A stretch of 64,000 nucleotides of DNA. Origin: Escherichia coli (GTDB lineage Bacteria; Pseudomonadota; Gammaproteobacteria; Enterobacterales; Enterobacteriaceae). Positions 46,510 through 58,011 of this stretch are shown here, in pieces (position 1 is the stretch's first letter; every line of letters begins with the position of its first letter). The stretch is from NCBI RefSeq assembly GCF_048403405.1, contig NZ_CP183129.1, one strand, 5' to 3'. Both the position numbers and the translations under genes were made by a program. Below the pieces are notes generated by a model. That model ran no database searches, was not told where the DNA came from, and saw only the letters and a list, made by a program, of their open reading frames with translations.

Positions 46510-47646
46510 TTATTTCAGTTTGGTCTGGAAAAATTGTTCGAACTTCGCGAAAGGTATTTTTCCGGCCACGTTATCGTACAGGTCCACGTGATTTGCCCCT
46601 GGTACCACCACCAACTCTTTGTCTTTACTGCCAACCGCCTTGTAAGCATCTTCAGCAAAATAGCGTGAATGTGCTTTCTCACCGGTCACAATCAGCGTCG
46701 GAATGGTGATTTCACTGGCGTAGCTCAACAGCGGCATATTCATAAATGACAGCGGCATCGTTGCCGTCCACGCCCCGGTAGAGTTAACGGAACGTTCGTG
46801 GAAGCCGCGCGGCATGCGATAGTAGTCAAAGAACTCTTTCAGTACCGGATGAGGATTTGCCGGCAGCGTTTCTGGCAGAATGCGCTCGCCCGCACTGACC
46901 TTGCCGTTGCTGTCGACATTAATATCATGACCACCGTGAGCGAACGTTCCGCTCTGCGCATCCTTCCAGCGCTGTTCATTCAGATATTGCAGAACGGCAC
47001 GACGGTCGGCGGTAGAATAACGGTCTTTGCCATCCCCCACACCATGACCCATCGCCCGGCTCATGTCATACATCACGCTGGTAGCTACCGCTTTAACGCG
47101 GGTATCCATCGCCACGTCGTTCAGCGCCATGCCGCCCCAGCCACAAATACCGAGCAGCCCGATACGGTTGCGATCTACCTCTTTTTGCAGCCCTAAGAAA
47201 TCCACCGCCGCGCTGAAATCTTCAGTGTTGATATCCGGTGAGGCGACGTTTCGCGGATAGCCGCCGCTTTCCCCGGTGTAAGAAGGATCGAACGCCAGGG
47301 TAACAAACCCTCGTTCCGCCAGCGTCTGCGCATACAAGCCGCTGGATTGCTCTTTCACCGCGCCAAATGGCCCACTGACCGCAATCGCCGCCAGCTTGCG
47401 ATCGCCACGGTCTTTAGGCAGGTAAAGATCGCCCACTAAGGTGATGCCATATCGGTTCGGGAACGAGACTTTACGGTGATCGACTTTCTGGCTCTCGGCG
47501 AACGTTTTATCCCATTTATCTGTCATGGACACAGGGGCATTAGGATTGGTTGAATCAGCATAACTCATTGTCGTGACTCCACTTAATGATGCGAAAAGCA
47601 GCATGGTCGGCATCGCGGTTTTTAGCGTGCGGGTGAAGGCTTTCAT
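46510..47646 (-). CDS. secreted alpha/beta-fold hydrolase with Cys nucleophile, paralog of ORF 26903..27823
   Basis: ORF 46510..47667(TTG); ATG 47646 with GGGGA RBS; signal peptide ending SYA; motifs RIGLLGICGWGG and NHVDLYD. Confidence 0.7.
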   Translation of the reverse strand: MKAFTRTLKTAMPTMLLFASLSGVTTMSYADSTNPNAPVSMTDKWDKTFAESQKVDHRKVSFPNRYGITLVGDLYLPKDRGDRKLAAIAVSGPFGAVKEQSSGLYAQTLAERGFVTLAFDPSYTGESGGYPRNVASPDINTEDFSAAVDFLGLQKEVDRNRIGLLGICGWGGMALNDVAMDTRVKAVATSVMYDMSRAMGHGVGDGKDRYSTADRRAVLQYLNEQRWKDAQSGTFAHGGHDINVDSNGKVSAGERILPETLPANPHPVLKEFFDYYRMPRGFHERSVNSTGAWTATMPLSFMNMPLLSYASEITIPTLIVTGEKAHSRYFAEDAYKAVGSKDKELVVVPGANHVDLYDNVAGKIPFAKFEQFFQTKLK

Positions 47647-47832
47647 AAAAATCCCCATAAAAAACAACAGAGAGATACAGGTTTCCGACGGACAACGCTG
47701 CGGTGCTTTACTTTGATGGGGTCATTATAGTGAGCAGAATTAGTGCTGATTAGGGGGCGATTAATGCTAAGATTAATACCATATTGTTATAAATTAATGT
47801 GGAGATTGCCGGCATGAAGGGGGGATGTTTCA

Positions 47833-48717
47833 ATGGCGAAAAGGGAGAACTACAACGAGCTGTACCTGTTTATGCAGGTGGTGCGAGAAGGCAGCTTTAC
47901 CGCAGCGGCTCAGCGGCTGGGTCTTGCTCAGTCAGGAGTCAGCCGTTCTGTTCGCGAGCTTGAAGAAAGGCTGGGTGTCCAGCTGCTAGTGCGCACCACG
48001 CGTAAACTGTCGCTGACACAAGCAGGCGAGCAGCTCTACCAGAAGACGGCATCTGGATTTGAAATGTTAGATCTTGGGCTTGCCACACTGGCGCACTATC
48101 GAGAGACGCCCTCCGGCACGGTGCGTATCAATGCCAGCCAGCACGCGATTGATAAATGCCTGCTGCCAAAGCTGGCGGTATTTAAACAGCGATATCCTGA
48201 TATCCGGCTTGAACTGATAAATGAGAGCCGGTTCGTCGATATCATCGAGGAAAGATTCGATGCAGGTGTCCGCCTGGGGCCTGAAGTCGGCCAGGGTATG
48301 GTCGCGGTACGCATCACGCCCGATATGGAGATGGCAATTGTGGGGACTCCGGAACATTTTCGTCGCTATGGTTTTCCGCAAACCCCGGCGGATTTAAAGG
48401 CGCATCCCTGTATCGCCTATCAGTTTGCCGACGGCAGCGTATACCAGTGGGAACTCAATCAGGATGATAAAAAAATCACTCATCGCCCTGAAGGGCAATG
48501 GGCCTTATCCGACAGCTATATGGAAGCAGAAGCCGCCCGGCTGGGCCTCGGATTGGCCTATGTTCCTGTTGAACTGGTCGCGGATGATTTAGAACACGGT
48601 AAGCTTATCAGGGTGTTGCAGCGTTACAGCCTGCGAATGGAGGGATTGTTTCTCTATTACCCTCATCGCAACGTCTCCCCCGCCCTGCGGATGGTCATTG
48701 ATACATTGAAAATCTGA
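47833..48717 (+). CDS. LysR-family transcriptional regulator (possibly YagP-like)
   Basis: 294-aa ORF; LysR HTH (FTAAAQRLGLAQSGVSRSVRELEERL); divergent from hydrolase-MFS genes. Confidence 0.75.
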   Translation: MAKRENYNELYLFMQVVREGSFTAAAQRLGLAQSGVSRSVRELEERLGVQLLVRTTRKLSLTQAGEQLYQKTASGFEMLDLGLATLAHYRETPSGTVRINASQHAIDKCLLPKLAVFKQRYPDIRLELINESRFVDIIEERFDAGVRLGPEVGQGMVAVRITPDMEMAIVGTPEHFRRYGFPQTPADLKAHPCIAYQFADGSVYQWELNQDDKKITHRPEGQWALSDSYMEAEAARLGLGLAYVPVELVADDLEHGKLIRVLQRYSLRMEGLFLYYPHRNVSPALRMVIDTLKI

Positions 48718-48789
48718 ACGTTAACAACGACCGACTCTTTACTGTGCAATATTGTGTCAGGTAGTCCCTCTGCGTTCAATTCCAGGGTT

Positions 48790-49210
48790 TGTACTGACCC
48801 CAAAAAGTTGGACAGTTAAACACGAGGCATATAGGTCTGATTCCGATATTCAATTGGAGTCAGACCTTTTAATTTCAGGCTAATTCTTCTGCTGTTGTAG
48901 TATTCAATATATTCCGTAACAGCATCCTTCAGTTCGCTTATATTACTGAACTCATCAAGATAAAAACACTCCGACTTTAAGGTTCCAAAGAAACACTCCA
49001 CCACAGCATTATCCAGACAATTGCCTTTTCTGGACATGCTTTGTTTAATACCATGTTCTTTAAGGATATTTTGATATCTTCTCATACGATACTGCCATCC
49101 CTGGTCAGAGTGCAGAACAGGATGCTCGTGAGGATTAAGCTTTTTGAATGCCTGATCGAGCATATTCTCAACCATGTTCATCACTGGTCTTTCCGAAAGG
49201 CTGTAAGAAA
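48790..49210 (-). mobile_element. IS3-family (IS150-like) fragment: terminal repeat plus C-terminal part of orfB
   Basis: End TGTACTGACCCC at 48790; minus-strand ORF 48816..49283 encodes the DDE integrase C-terminus (HSDQGWQY...[11 protein letters not shown]); truncated at IS26 boundary 49210/49211. Confidence 0.65.
49203..49210. repeat. 8-bp IS26 target-site duplication copy (GTAAGAAA)
   Basis: Abuts IS26 copy 1; its reverse complement TTTCTTAC is at 50736-50743 abutting copy 2. Confidence 0.8.
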
Positions 49211-50030
49211 GGCACTGTTGCAAATAGTCGGTGGTGATAAACTTATCATCCCCTTTTGCTGATGGAGCTGCACATGAACCCATTCAAAGGCCGGCATTTT
49301 CAGCGTGACATCATTCTGTGGGCCGTACGCTGGTACTGCAAATACGGCATCAGTTACCGTGAGCTGCAGGAGATGCTGGCTGAACGCGGAGTGAATGTCG
49401 ATCACTCCACGATTTACCGCTGGGTTCAGCGTTATGCGCCTGAAATGGAAAAACGGCTGCGCTGGTACTGGCGTAACCCTTCCGATCTTTGCCCGTGGCA
49501 CATGGATGAAACCTACGTGAAGGTCAATGGCCGCTGGGCGTATCTGTACCGGGCCGTCGACAGCCGGGGCCGCACTGTCGATTTTTATCTCTCCTCCCGT
49601 CGTAACAGCAAAGCTGCATACCGGTTTCTGGGTAAAATCCTCAACAACGTGAAGAAGTGGCAGATCCCACGATTCATCAACACGGATAAAGCGCCCGCCT
49701 ATGGTCGCGCGCTTGCTCTGCTCAAACGCGAAGGCCGGTGCCCGTCTGACGTTGAACACCGACAGATTAAGTACCGGAACAACGTGATTGAATGCGATCA
49801 TGGCAAACTGAAACGGATAATCAACGCCACGCTGGGATTTAAATCCATGAAGACGGCTTACGCCACCATCAAAGGTATTGAGGTGATGCGTGCACTACGC
49901 AAAGGCCAGGCCTCAGCATTTTATTATGGTGATCCCCTGGGCGAAATGCGCCTGGTAAGCAGAGTTTTTGAAATGTAAGGCCTTTGAATAAGACAAAAGG
50001 CTGCCTCATCGCTAACTTTGCAACAGTGCC
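49211..50030 (+). mobile_element. IS26 (IS6 family), copy 1, 820 bp
   Basis: 14-bp terminal inverted repeats GGCACTGTTGCAAA at 49211 and 50017-50030; encodes Tnp26. Confidence 0.92.
49274..49978 (+). CDS. tnpA: IS26 transposase Tnp26
   Basis: 234-aa product [35 protein letters not shown]...; track ORF starts at upstream TTG 49256. Confidence 0.92.
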   Translation: MNPFKGRHFQRDIILWAVRWYCKYGISYRELQEMLAERGVNVDHSTIYRWVQRYAPEMEKRLRWYWRNPSDLCPWHMDETYVKVNGRWAYLYRAVDSRGRTVDFYLSSRRNSKAAYRFLGKILNNVKKWQIPRFINTDKAPAYGRALALLKREGRCPSDVEHRQIKYRNNVIECDHGKLKRIINATLGFKSMKTAYATIKGIEVMRALRKGQASAFYYGDPLGEMRLVSRVFEM

Positions 50031-50743
50031 CTTGCTGGTAGTGGTTCTGTAGCCAGGTGGCTGAAGGTCTATGAAGAGCGCGGAGAAGCTGGTTTACGCG
50101 CGCTCAAGATTGGCACCAAAAGAAACATTGCAATATCAGTTGATCCAGAAAAAGCGGCATCAGCATTGGAGCTGTCAAAAGACCGACGCATTGAGGATCT
50201 TGAAAGGCAAGTTCGATTTCTTGAAACGCGGCTTATGTATCTAAAAAAGCTGAAAGCCTTAGCTCATCCCACGAAAAAGTAAAAGTACTCAACGAGCTAA
50301 GGCAGTTTTATCCTCTTGATGAGCTTCTCAGGGCTGCGGAGATACCGCGCAGTACGTTTTATTACCATCTAAAGGCTCTCAGCAAGCCTGACAAGTATGC
50401 GGACGTTAAAAAGCGTATTGGTGAGATTTATCACGAGAATAGAGGCCGATACGGATACCGTAGGGTAACGCTGTCTCTTCATCGAGAAGGGAAACAGATT
50501 AACCATAAAGCTGTTCAGCGCCTGATGGGAACCCTCTCACTTAAAGCAGCGATTAAGGTCAAGCGATACCGCTCTTACAGAGGAGAGGTAGGGCAAACCG
50601 CCCCTAATGTTCTCCAAAGAGATTTCAAGGCTACGCGGCCAAACGAGAAGTGGGTTACCGATGTTACTGAATTTGCAGTCAATGGGCGCAAGCTGTATTT
50701 GTCTCCAGTAATAGATCTCTTCAACAACGAAGTTATTTCTTAC
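50031..50743 (+). mobile_element. IS3-family (IS150-like) fragment: C-terminal part of orfA and N-terminal part of orfB, inverted relative to 48790..49210
   Basis: orfA end with stop at 50279-50281; orfB N-terminus to 50743 (...KWVTDVTEF...[17 protein letters not shown]); frame continues into the minus-strand fragment across the shared 8-bp repeat. Confidence 0.65.
50736..50743. repeat. 8-bp IS26 target-site duplication copy (TTTCTTAC)
   Basis: Reverse complement of 49203-49210, abutting IS26 copy 2. Confidence 0.8.
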
Positions 50744-51563
50744 GGCACTGTTGCAAAGTTAGCGATGAGGCAGCCTTTTGTCTTATTCAAAGGCCTTACA
50801 TTTCAAAAACTCTGCTTACCAGGCGCATTTCGCCCAGGGGATCACCATAATAAAATGCTGAGGCCTGGCCTTTGCGTAGTGCACGCATCACCTCAATACC
50901 TTTGATGGTGGCGTAAGCCGTCTTCATGGATTTAAATCCCAGCGTGGCGTTGATTATCCGTTTCAGTTTGCCATGATCGCATTCAATCACGTTGTTCCGG
51001 TACTTAATCTGTCGGTGTTCAACGTCAGACGGGCACCGGCCTTCGCGTTTGAGCAGAGCAAGCGCGCGACCATAGGCGGGCGCTTTATCCGTGTTGATGA
51101 ATCGTGGGATCTGCCACTTCTTCACGTTGTTGAGGATTTTACCCAGAAACCGGTATGCAGCTTTGCTGTTACGACGGGAGGAGAGATAAAAATCGACAGT
51201 GCGGCCCCGGCTGTCGACGGCCCGGTACAGATACGCCCAGCGGCCATTGACCTTCACGTAGGTTTCATCCATGTGCCACGGGCAAAGATCGGAAGGGTTA
51301 CGCCAGTACCAGCGCAGCCGTTTTTCCATTTCAGGCGCATAACGCTGAACCCAGCGGTAAATCGTGGAGTGATCGACATTCACTCCGCGTTCAGCCAGCA
51401 TCTCCTGCAGCTCACGGTAACTGATGCCGTATTTGCAGTACCAGCGTACGGCCCACAGAATGATGTCACGCTGAAAATGCCGGCCTTTGAATGGGTTCAT
51501 GTGCAGCTCCATCAGCAAAAGGGGATGATAAGTTTATCACCACCGACTATTTGCAACAGTGCC
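50744..51563 (-). mobile_element. IS26, copy 2, inverted relative to copy 1
   Basis: 820 bp with the same 14-bp terminal repeats; encoded transposase identical at protein level to copy 1. Confidence 0.92.
50796..51500 (-). CDS. tnpA: IS26 transposase Tnp26
   Basis: Same 240-aa track translation as 49256..49978. Confidence 0.92.
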   Translation of the reverse strand: MNPFKGRHFQRDIILWAVRWYCKYGISYRELQEMLAERGVNVDHSTIYRWVQRYAPEMEKRLRWYWRNPSDLCPWHMDETYVKVNGRWAYLYRAVDSRGRTVDFYLSSRRNSKAAYRFLGKILNNVKKWQIPRFINTDKAPAYGRALALLKREGRCPSDVEHRQIKYRNNVIECDHGKLKRIINATLGFKSMKTAYATIKGIEVMRALRKGQASAFYYGDPLGEMRLVSRVFEM

Positions 51564-51803
51564 GATGATTTCAGATTTCATGACTTGAGACACACCTGGG
51601 CAAGTTGGCTGGTTCAAGCCGGTGTCCCGTTGTCAGTGTTACAGGAAATGGGAGGCTGGGAGTCTATCGAAATGGTTCGTCGATATGCTCACCTCGCACC
51701 TAATCACCTTACCGAACACGCACGGCAAATAGACTCGATCCTGAACCCATCGGTCCCAAATTTGTCCCAGTCAAAAAATAAGGAAGGTACTAATGATGTG
51801 TAA
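51564..51803 (+). pseudogene. 3' remnant of a tyrosine-recombinase (phage-type integrase) gene truncated by IS26
   Basis: About 80 C-terminal codons containing HDLRHTWAS and RRYAHL catalytic-region motifs; begins at the IS26 boundary, ends 15 bp from tRNA-Thr. Confidence 0.65.
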
Positions 51804-51817
51804 CTTATTGATTTAAA

Positions 51818-51893
51818 TGGTGCCGATAATAGGAGTCGAACCTACGACCTTCGCATTACGAATGCGCTGCTCTACCAACTGAGCTATATCGGC
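51818..51893 (-). tRNA. thrW: tRNA-Thr (anticodon CGU)
   Basis: Reverse complement reads GCCGATATAGCTCAGTTGGTAGAGCAGCGCATTCGTAATGCGAAGGTCGTAGGTTCGACTCCTATTATCGGCACCA; adjacent to proA as for thrW. Confidence 0.9.
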
Positions 51894-52007
51894 CCTGAAA
51901 GGACATGTTCACGAACGTGAATCACGGTGGACAAGGTTAAAACTAACCGGGCGATGCGTCAATGGCCTTGTGAATCAAATGGCTACTTTTGCATCACCCG
52001 GTTTTAT

Positions 52008-53261
52008 TTACGCACGAATGGTGTAATCACCAATGCCGATCCACTTGTAAGTGGTCAGTGCTTCCAGCCCCATTGGGCCACGCGCGTGGAGTTTTTGTGT
52101 GCTTACCGCCACTTCCGCACCCAGACCAAACTGGCCGCCGTCGGTAAAACGCGTAGAGGCGTTAACGTAAACAGCGGACGAATCCACTTCGTTAACAAAA
52201 CGCTGGGCGTTGCGCATATCGCGGGTCAGGATCGCATCGGAGTGTTGTGTGCCGTGTTCACGAATATGGGCGATGGCATCGTCAAGATCGCTGACGATTT
52301 TGACGTTCAAATCTAATGACAGAAACTCATCGTCATACTCTTCGGCTTTAACAGCAACCACCTTCGCAGGGCCTGCCTGCAACTGCGCCAGTGCAGCTGC
52401 ATCTGCGTGTAATGTCACGCCGCTTTCCGCCATTTGTTTGCTTAATGCGGGCAGGAAGCTATCGGCGATGTTTTTATTCACCAGCAACGTTTCAACCGTA
52501 TTACATGTGCTCGGTCGCTGAGTTTTCGCGTTGACGATCACTTTTAATGCTTCAGCGATCTCTACACTTTCATCAACGTAAATATGGCATACGCCTATAC
52601 CACCTGTGATCACCGGGATCGTTGACTGTTCGCGGCACAGTTTATGCAGGCCAGCGCCACCACGCGGGATCAGCATGTCGATGTATTTATCCATACGCAG
52701 CATTTCACTGACCAGCGCACGGTCAGGATTATCAATCGCCTGCACGGCACCCGCCGGTAAGCCGCAGGATTTCAGGGCGTCCTGAATCACCGCCACCGTT
52801 GCAGCGTTAGTGCGGCAGGTTTCTTTACCGCCACGCAGGACCACCGCGTTACCCGTTTTCAGGCACAGCGAAGCGACATCAACCGTCACGTTCGGCCGCG
52901 CTTCATAAATCACGCCAATCACGCCCAGCGGTACGCGACGACGCTCAAGACGCAGGCCGCTGTCCAGTACGCCGCCATCGATTACCTGCCCCACCGGATC
53001 GGCAAGGTTACACACCTGGCGCACATCGTCAGCAATGCCTTTCAGCCGTGCGGGCGTCAGTGCCAGACGGTCAAGCATCGCTTCGCTAAGGCCATTGGCA
53101 CGCGCGTCAGCAACATCCTGGGCGTTAGCGTTGAGGATGATTTCGCTTTGTGCTTCCAGTTCATCGGCGATTTTTTCCAGCACACGATTTTTTTCGCGGC
53201 TGGAGAGTTGCGCTAATTTATACGAGGCTTGCTTTGCGGCAATGCCCATTTGTTCCAGCAT
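52008..53261 (-). CDS. proA: gamma-glutamyl phosphate reductase ProA
   Basis: 417-aa [31 protein letters not shown]... Confidence 0.95.
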   Translation of the reverse strand: MLEQMGIAAKQASYKLAQLSSREKNRVLEKIADELEAQSEIILNANAQDVADARANGLSEAMLDRLALTPARLKGIADDVRQVCNLADPVGQVIDGGVLDSGLRLERRRVPLGVIGVIYEARPNVTVDVASLCLKTGNAVVLRGGKETCRTNAATVAVIQDALKSCGLPAGAVQAIDNPDRALVSEMLRMDKYIDMLIPRGGAGLHKLCREQSTIPVITGGIGVCHIYVDESVEIAEALKVIVNAKTQRPSTCNTVETLLVNKNIADSFLPALSKQMAESGVTLHADAAALAQLQAGPAKVVAVKAEEYDDEFLSLDLNVKIVSDLDDAIAHIREHGTQHSDAILTRDMRNAQRFVNEVDSSAVYVNASTRFTDGGQFGLGAEVAVSTQKLHARGPMGLEALTTYKWIGIGDYTIRA

Positions 53262-53272
53262 CGGCCAGCTCC

Positions 53273-54376
53273 TTAACGGGTAATCATGTCATCACGGTGA
53301 ACGGCAACCGGGCCATATTCATATCCCAGTATTGCATCAATTTCTTGCGAGTGGTGTCCGGCAATACGGCGTAATGCATCGCTGTTGTAACGACTGACGC
53401 CGTGGGCGATATCGCGACCTTCGAGGTTGCAAATGCGGATGACTTCACCACGCGAGAAATTGCCAGTCACGCTTTTAATACCTTTCGGCAACAGGGAGCT
53501 GCCGCGTTCAAGAATGGCGGCGGTTGCCCCTTCATCTACCGTGATTTCACCCGCCGGCGGCGCACCGAAAATCCAGCGTTTACGGTTTTCAAGCGGAGTC
53601 GCCTGGGCATGGAACAGCGTACCCACGGAAATGCCTTCCATCACATCACCAATAACGCCCGGCTTGCTGCCCGCGGCAATAATGGTGTCGATACCCGCAC
53701 GGCAAGCCACGTCCGCGGCCTGCAATTTGGTACTCATGCCGCCAGTTCCGAGGCCTGAAACACTGTCACCGGCAATCGCGCGCAGTGCGTCATCAATGCC
53801 GTAAACATCTTTAATCAGTTCTGCCTGCGGATTGCTGCGCGGGTCAGCGGTGTACAAACCTTTTTGATCGGTCAGCAGCAACAGTTTATCGGCACCCGCC
53901 AGAATCGCCGCCAGCGCAGAAAGGTTATCGTTATCGCCGACCTTAATCTCTGCAGTAGCGACAGCATCGTTCTCATTGATTACCGGAACGATATTGTTAT
54001 CGAGCAACGCTCGCAGGGTGTCGCGGGCGTTCAGGAAGCGTTCACGGTCTTCCATATCAGCACGGGTCAGCAGCATTTGCCCGACGTGAATGCCATAAAT
54101 CGAAAACAGCTGTTCCCACAGTTGAATCAGTCGACTCTGCCCTACCGCCGCCAGCAGTTGTTTCGAGGCGATAGTCGCTGGCAGTTCCGGGTAACCCAGG
54201 TGCTCACGTCCGGCGGCGATCGCGCCCGACGTCACAATAACAATCCGATGCCCGGCGGCATGTAACTGCGCGCACTGGCGAACAAGTTCAACGATATGGG
54301 CACGGTTCAGACGGCGCGATCCGCCTGTTAGCACACTGGTGCCGAGTTTTACCACCAGCGTCTGGCTGTCACTCAT
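53273..54376 (-). CDS. proB: glutamate 5-kinase ProB
   Basis: ORF 53273..54463; ATG 54376 ([16 protein letters not shown]...) gives 367 aa. Confidence 0.95.
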
Positions 54377-54564
54377 GATTCTCTGCCATTCAATTTTAGG
54401 AAAAATGATATCAAACGAACGTTTTAGCAGGACTGTCGTCGGTTGCCAACCATCTGCGAGCAAAGCATGGTGTTTTGTTGCGCGGGATCAGCAAGCGTAG
54501 CGGCAGTTGTTTACGCTTTTATTACAGATTTAATAAATTACCACATTTTAAGAATATTATTAAT

Positions 54565-54590
54565 CTGTAATATATCTTTAACAATCTCAG
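54565..54590 (+). promoter_or_regulatory. Pho box (PhoB site) in the phoE promoter
   Basis: CTGTAATATATCTTTAACAATCTCAG about 75 bp upstream of the phoE start; resembles tandem CTGTCATA-type PhoB half-sites. Confidence 0.5.
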
Positions 54591-54663
54591 GTTAAAAACT
54601 TTCCTGTTTTCAACGGGACTCTCCCGCTGAATATTCGCGCGTTAATTAAAATCAGGAATGAAA

Positions 54664-55719
54664 ATGAAAAAGAGCACTCTGGCATTAGTGGTGATGGGCA
54701 TTGTGGCATCTGCATCCGTACAGGCCGCAGAAATATATAACAAAGACGGTAATAAACTGGATGTCTATGGCAAAGTTAAAGCCATGCATTATATGAGTGA
54801 TAACGACAGTAAAGATGGCGACCAGAGTTATATCCGTTTTGGTTTTAAAGGCGAAACACAAATTAACGATCAACTGACGGGTTATGGTCGTTGGGAAGCA
54901 GAGTTTGCCGGTAATAAAGCGGAGAGTGATACTGCACAGCAAAAAACACGTCTCGCTTTTGCCGGGTTGAAATATAAAGATTTGGGTTCTTTCGATTATG
55001 GTCGTAACCTGGGCGCGCTGTATGACGTGGAAGCCTGGACCGATATGTTCCCGGAATTTGGTGGCGACTCCTCCGCACAGACCGACAACTTTATGACCAA
55101 ACGTGCCAGCGGTCTGGCTACTTACCGTAACACTGACTTTTTCGGCGTTATCGATGGTCTGAACTTAACCCTGCAATATCAAGGGAAAAACGAAAACCGC
55201 GACGTTAAAAAGCAAAACGGCGATGGCTTCGGTACGTCATTGACATATGACTTTGGTGGCAGCGATTTCGCCATCAGTGGGGCCTATACCAACTCCGATC
55301 GCACTAACGAGCAGAACCTGCAAAGCCGTGGCACAGGCAAGCGTGCAGAAGCATGGGCAACAGGTCTGAAATACGATGCCAATAATATTTATCTGGCAAC
55401 TTTCTATTCTGAAACACGCAAAATGACGCCAATCTCTGGCGGCTTTGCCAATAAGACACAGAACTTTGAAGCGGTCGCCCAATACCAGTTTGACTTTGGT
55501 CTGCGTCCATCGCTGGGTTATGTCTTATCGAAAGGGAAAGATATTGAAGGCATCGGTGATGAAGATCTGGTCAATTATATCGACGTCGGTGCTACATATT
55601 ATTTCAACAAAAATATGTCAGCGTTTGTTGATTATAAAATCAACCAACTGGATAGCGATAATAAGCTGAACATCAATAATGATGATATTGTCGCGGTTGG
55701 CATGACCTATCAGTTTTAA
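54664..55719 (+). CDS. phoE: phosphate-starvation outer-membrane porin PhoE
   Basis: ORF 54658..55719; ATG 54664 with AGGA RBS; signal peptide [21 protein letters not shown]; C-terminal GMTYQF. Confidence 0.95.
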   Translation: MKKSTLALVVMGIVASASVQAAEIYNKDGNKLDVYGKVKAMHYMSDNDSKDGDQSYIRFGFKGETQINDQLTGYGRWEAEFAGNKAESDTAQQKTRLAFAGLKYKDLGSFDYGRNLGALYDVEAWTDMFPEFGGDSSAQTDNFMTKRASGLATYRNTDFFGVIDGLNLTLQYQGKNENRDVKKQNGDGFGTSLTYDFGGSDFAISGAYTNSDRTNEQNLQSRGTGKRAEAWATGLKYDANNIYLATFYSETRKMTPISGGFANKTQNFEAVAQYQFDFGLRPSLGYVLSKGKDIEGIGDEDLVNYIDVGATYYFNKNMSAFVDYKINQLDSDNKLNINNDDIVAVGMTYQF

Positions 55720-55757
55720 TGGATATTGCCGGATGTGATGCATCCGGCACATTTCAC

Positions 55758-56216
<459 letters not shown>

Positions 56217-57461
56217 TTAACACAATCGTTTTTCAATCCAGTCTGTGATTTCCTGAAGGCCTTTGTCAAAATTCCGATACACCGGGTTAAATGGGATCTC
56301 TAATAATTTACCGTCAGCAGATGATGAGGTGATTAAGCGTGAGTCCTCTTCCGGGCTGAACGGATCGTTCTTCCAGTAGCCTGATAACATTGGCGTTGGG
56401 CAACGACGTCCCAGCAATCCTTGCACTTTTAATGAATAGCGATTCAACTCCACGCGTAACGCTTCGTCGGAAGCATCATGCATACCCAAACGACTCGCCA
56501 GAACGTCAAGATACATTTCCGGCACCTGTTGCTGGCACTTAAAATCACTCAACAGGGTATGAACTACCGGACCAAGACAGGCAACCGCTTTCAGACGCGG
56601 CGATTCAAGGTATGCCAGACGTACGGCAACGTTAGCGCCGAAACGGAAACCAAAGGCCGCGACGCGAGTGTGATCTACCCACGGTACGTTAGGCAGCGCC
56701 TTTAAGACGTGCTGATGCAACAGGCTGGAGTCCTGGGTGAGCTTCCATTTTGAAGAAAAGCCCACCGACGGCATATCAATAGTCAGCATCGCAATGCCGC
56801 GCGGCGCAAAATAACGTTCATACAGGCTGTAATAGTCCGTCTGCATCGCATCCAGACCACCACACATTAATACTGTCGGGAACGGGCCATCACCTTTCGG
56901 CATATGCAAAAAGCCGGTGATGGGCGCACCGCCGGGTACGGTAAACTCCATCTGCCGCATCGTGCCCGGCAGACGCTGAGCGGCCTCTTCATAGGCGCGG
57001 TTTGACAAAGCCTGCGCTTGCTCGGCCAGGTCATCTCCTTTCAGATGAGGATAGGCGGCAATGTTGTACAACGTAGCCGCATGCAGCCAGTGACGACCAC
57101 TGAGTTGCGGATCTTCTTCCGCACAGGCTTTTTGTTGCCACACCATCGCCTGGGTGGCCCACTCATAAATCCAGTTGCCACCACGGTAGCCAATCACCGT
57201 ATCGTATAAATCATCGTCGGTACGTTCGGCATCGCTCATCACAATACGCGCCTGGACGTCGAGGATTTCACGTGGGTCAATGCCGCGCCAGATCCACATC
57301 AGACGGTTAATCATGCGATACCAGTGAGGGATGGTTTTACCATCAAGGGCCGACTGCACAGGCGGTTGTGCGCCGTGATTAAAGCGGCGGACTAGCGTCG
57401 AGGTTTCAGGATGTTTAAAGCGGGGTTTGAACAGGGTTTCGCTCAGGTTTGCCTGTGTCAT
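56217..57461 (-). CDS. frsA: esterase FrsA (fermentation/respiration switch protein)
   Basis: 414-aa alpha/beta-hydrolase ORF between crl and gpt. Confidence 0.92.
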
Positions 57462-57552
57462 GGATGCAGCCTCCAGAATACTTACTGGAAACTATTGTAA
57501 CCCGCCTGAAGTTAAAAAGAACAACGCCCGGCAGTGCCAGGCGTTGAAAAGA

Positions 57553-58011
57553 TTAGCGACCGGAGATTGGCGGGACGAATACGACGCCCATATCCCACGG
57601 TTGTTCGATCCAGGTATCTTGCGGGATATCAACAACATAATCATCAACCAGCGGACGACCAGCCGGTTTTGCGAAGATGGTGACAAAGTGCGCTTTTGGA
57701 TACATTTCGCGGATTGCCACTGCAGTACCACCGGTATCCACCAGGTCATCAATAACAATGAAGCCTTCGCCATCGCCTTCTGCGCGTTTCAGCACTTTAA
57801 GCTCGCGCTGGTTGTCGTGATCGTAGCTGGAAATACAAACGGTATCGACATGACGAATACCCAGTTCACGCGCCAGTAACGCACTCGGTACCAGACCGCC
57901 ACGGCTTACGGCAATAATGCCTTTCCATTGTTCAGAAGGCATCAGTCGGCTTGCGAGTTTACGTGCATGGATCTGCAACATGTCCCAGGTGACGATGTAT
58001 TTTTCGCTCAT
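57553..58011 (-). CDS. gpt: xanthine-guanine phosphoribosyltransferase Gpt
   Basis: 152-aa [26 protein letters not shown]... with PRPP-binding [11 protein letters not shown]. Confidence 0.95.
   Translation of the reverse strand: MSEKYIVTWDMLQIHARKLASRLMPSEQWKGIIAVSRGGLVPSALLARELGIRHVDTVCISSYDHDNQRELKVLKRAEGDGEGFIVIDDLVDTGGTAVAIREMYPKAHFVTIFAKPAGRPLVDDYVVDIPQDTWIEQPWDMGVVFVPPISGR

Noticed and set aside
49211-51563. Possible IS26 composite transposon carrying resistance or other cargo
   Set aside because: The segment between the two copies is only 713 bp and consists entirely of IS3-family orfA/orfB remnants; the copies are inverted with inverted target repeats, which indicates an inversion event rather than a cargo transposon.
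50973-51803. 276-aa track ORF spanning IS26 copy 2 and the integrase stub
   Set aside because: Its first 590 bp are the antisense strand of the IS26 transposase gene; only the last 240 bp (51564..51803) are integrase-derived. It is a chimeric read-through, not a gene.
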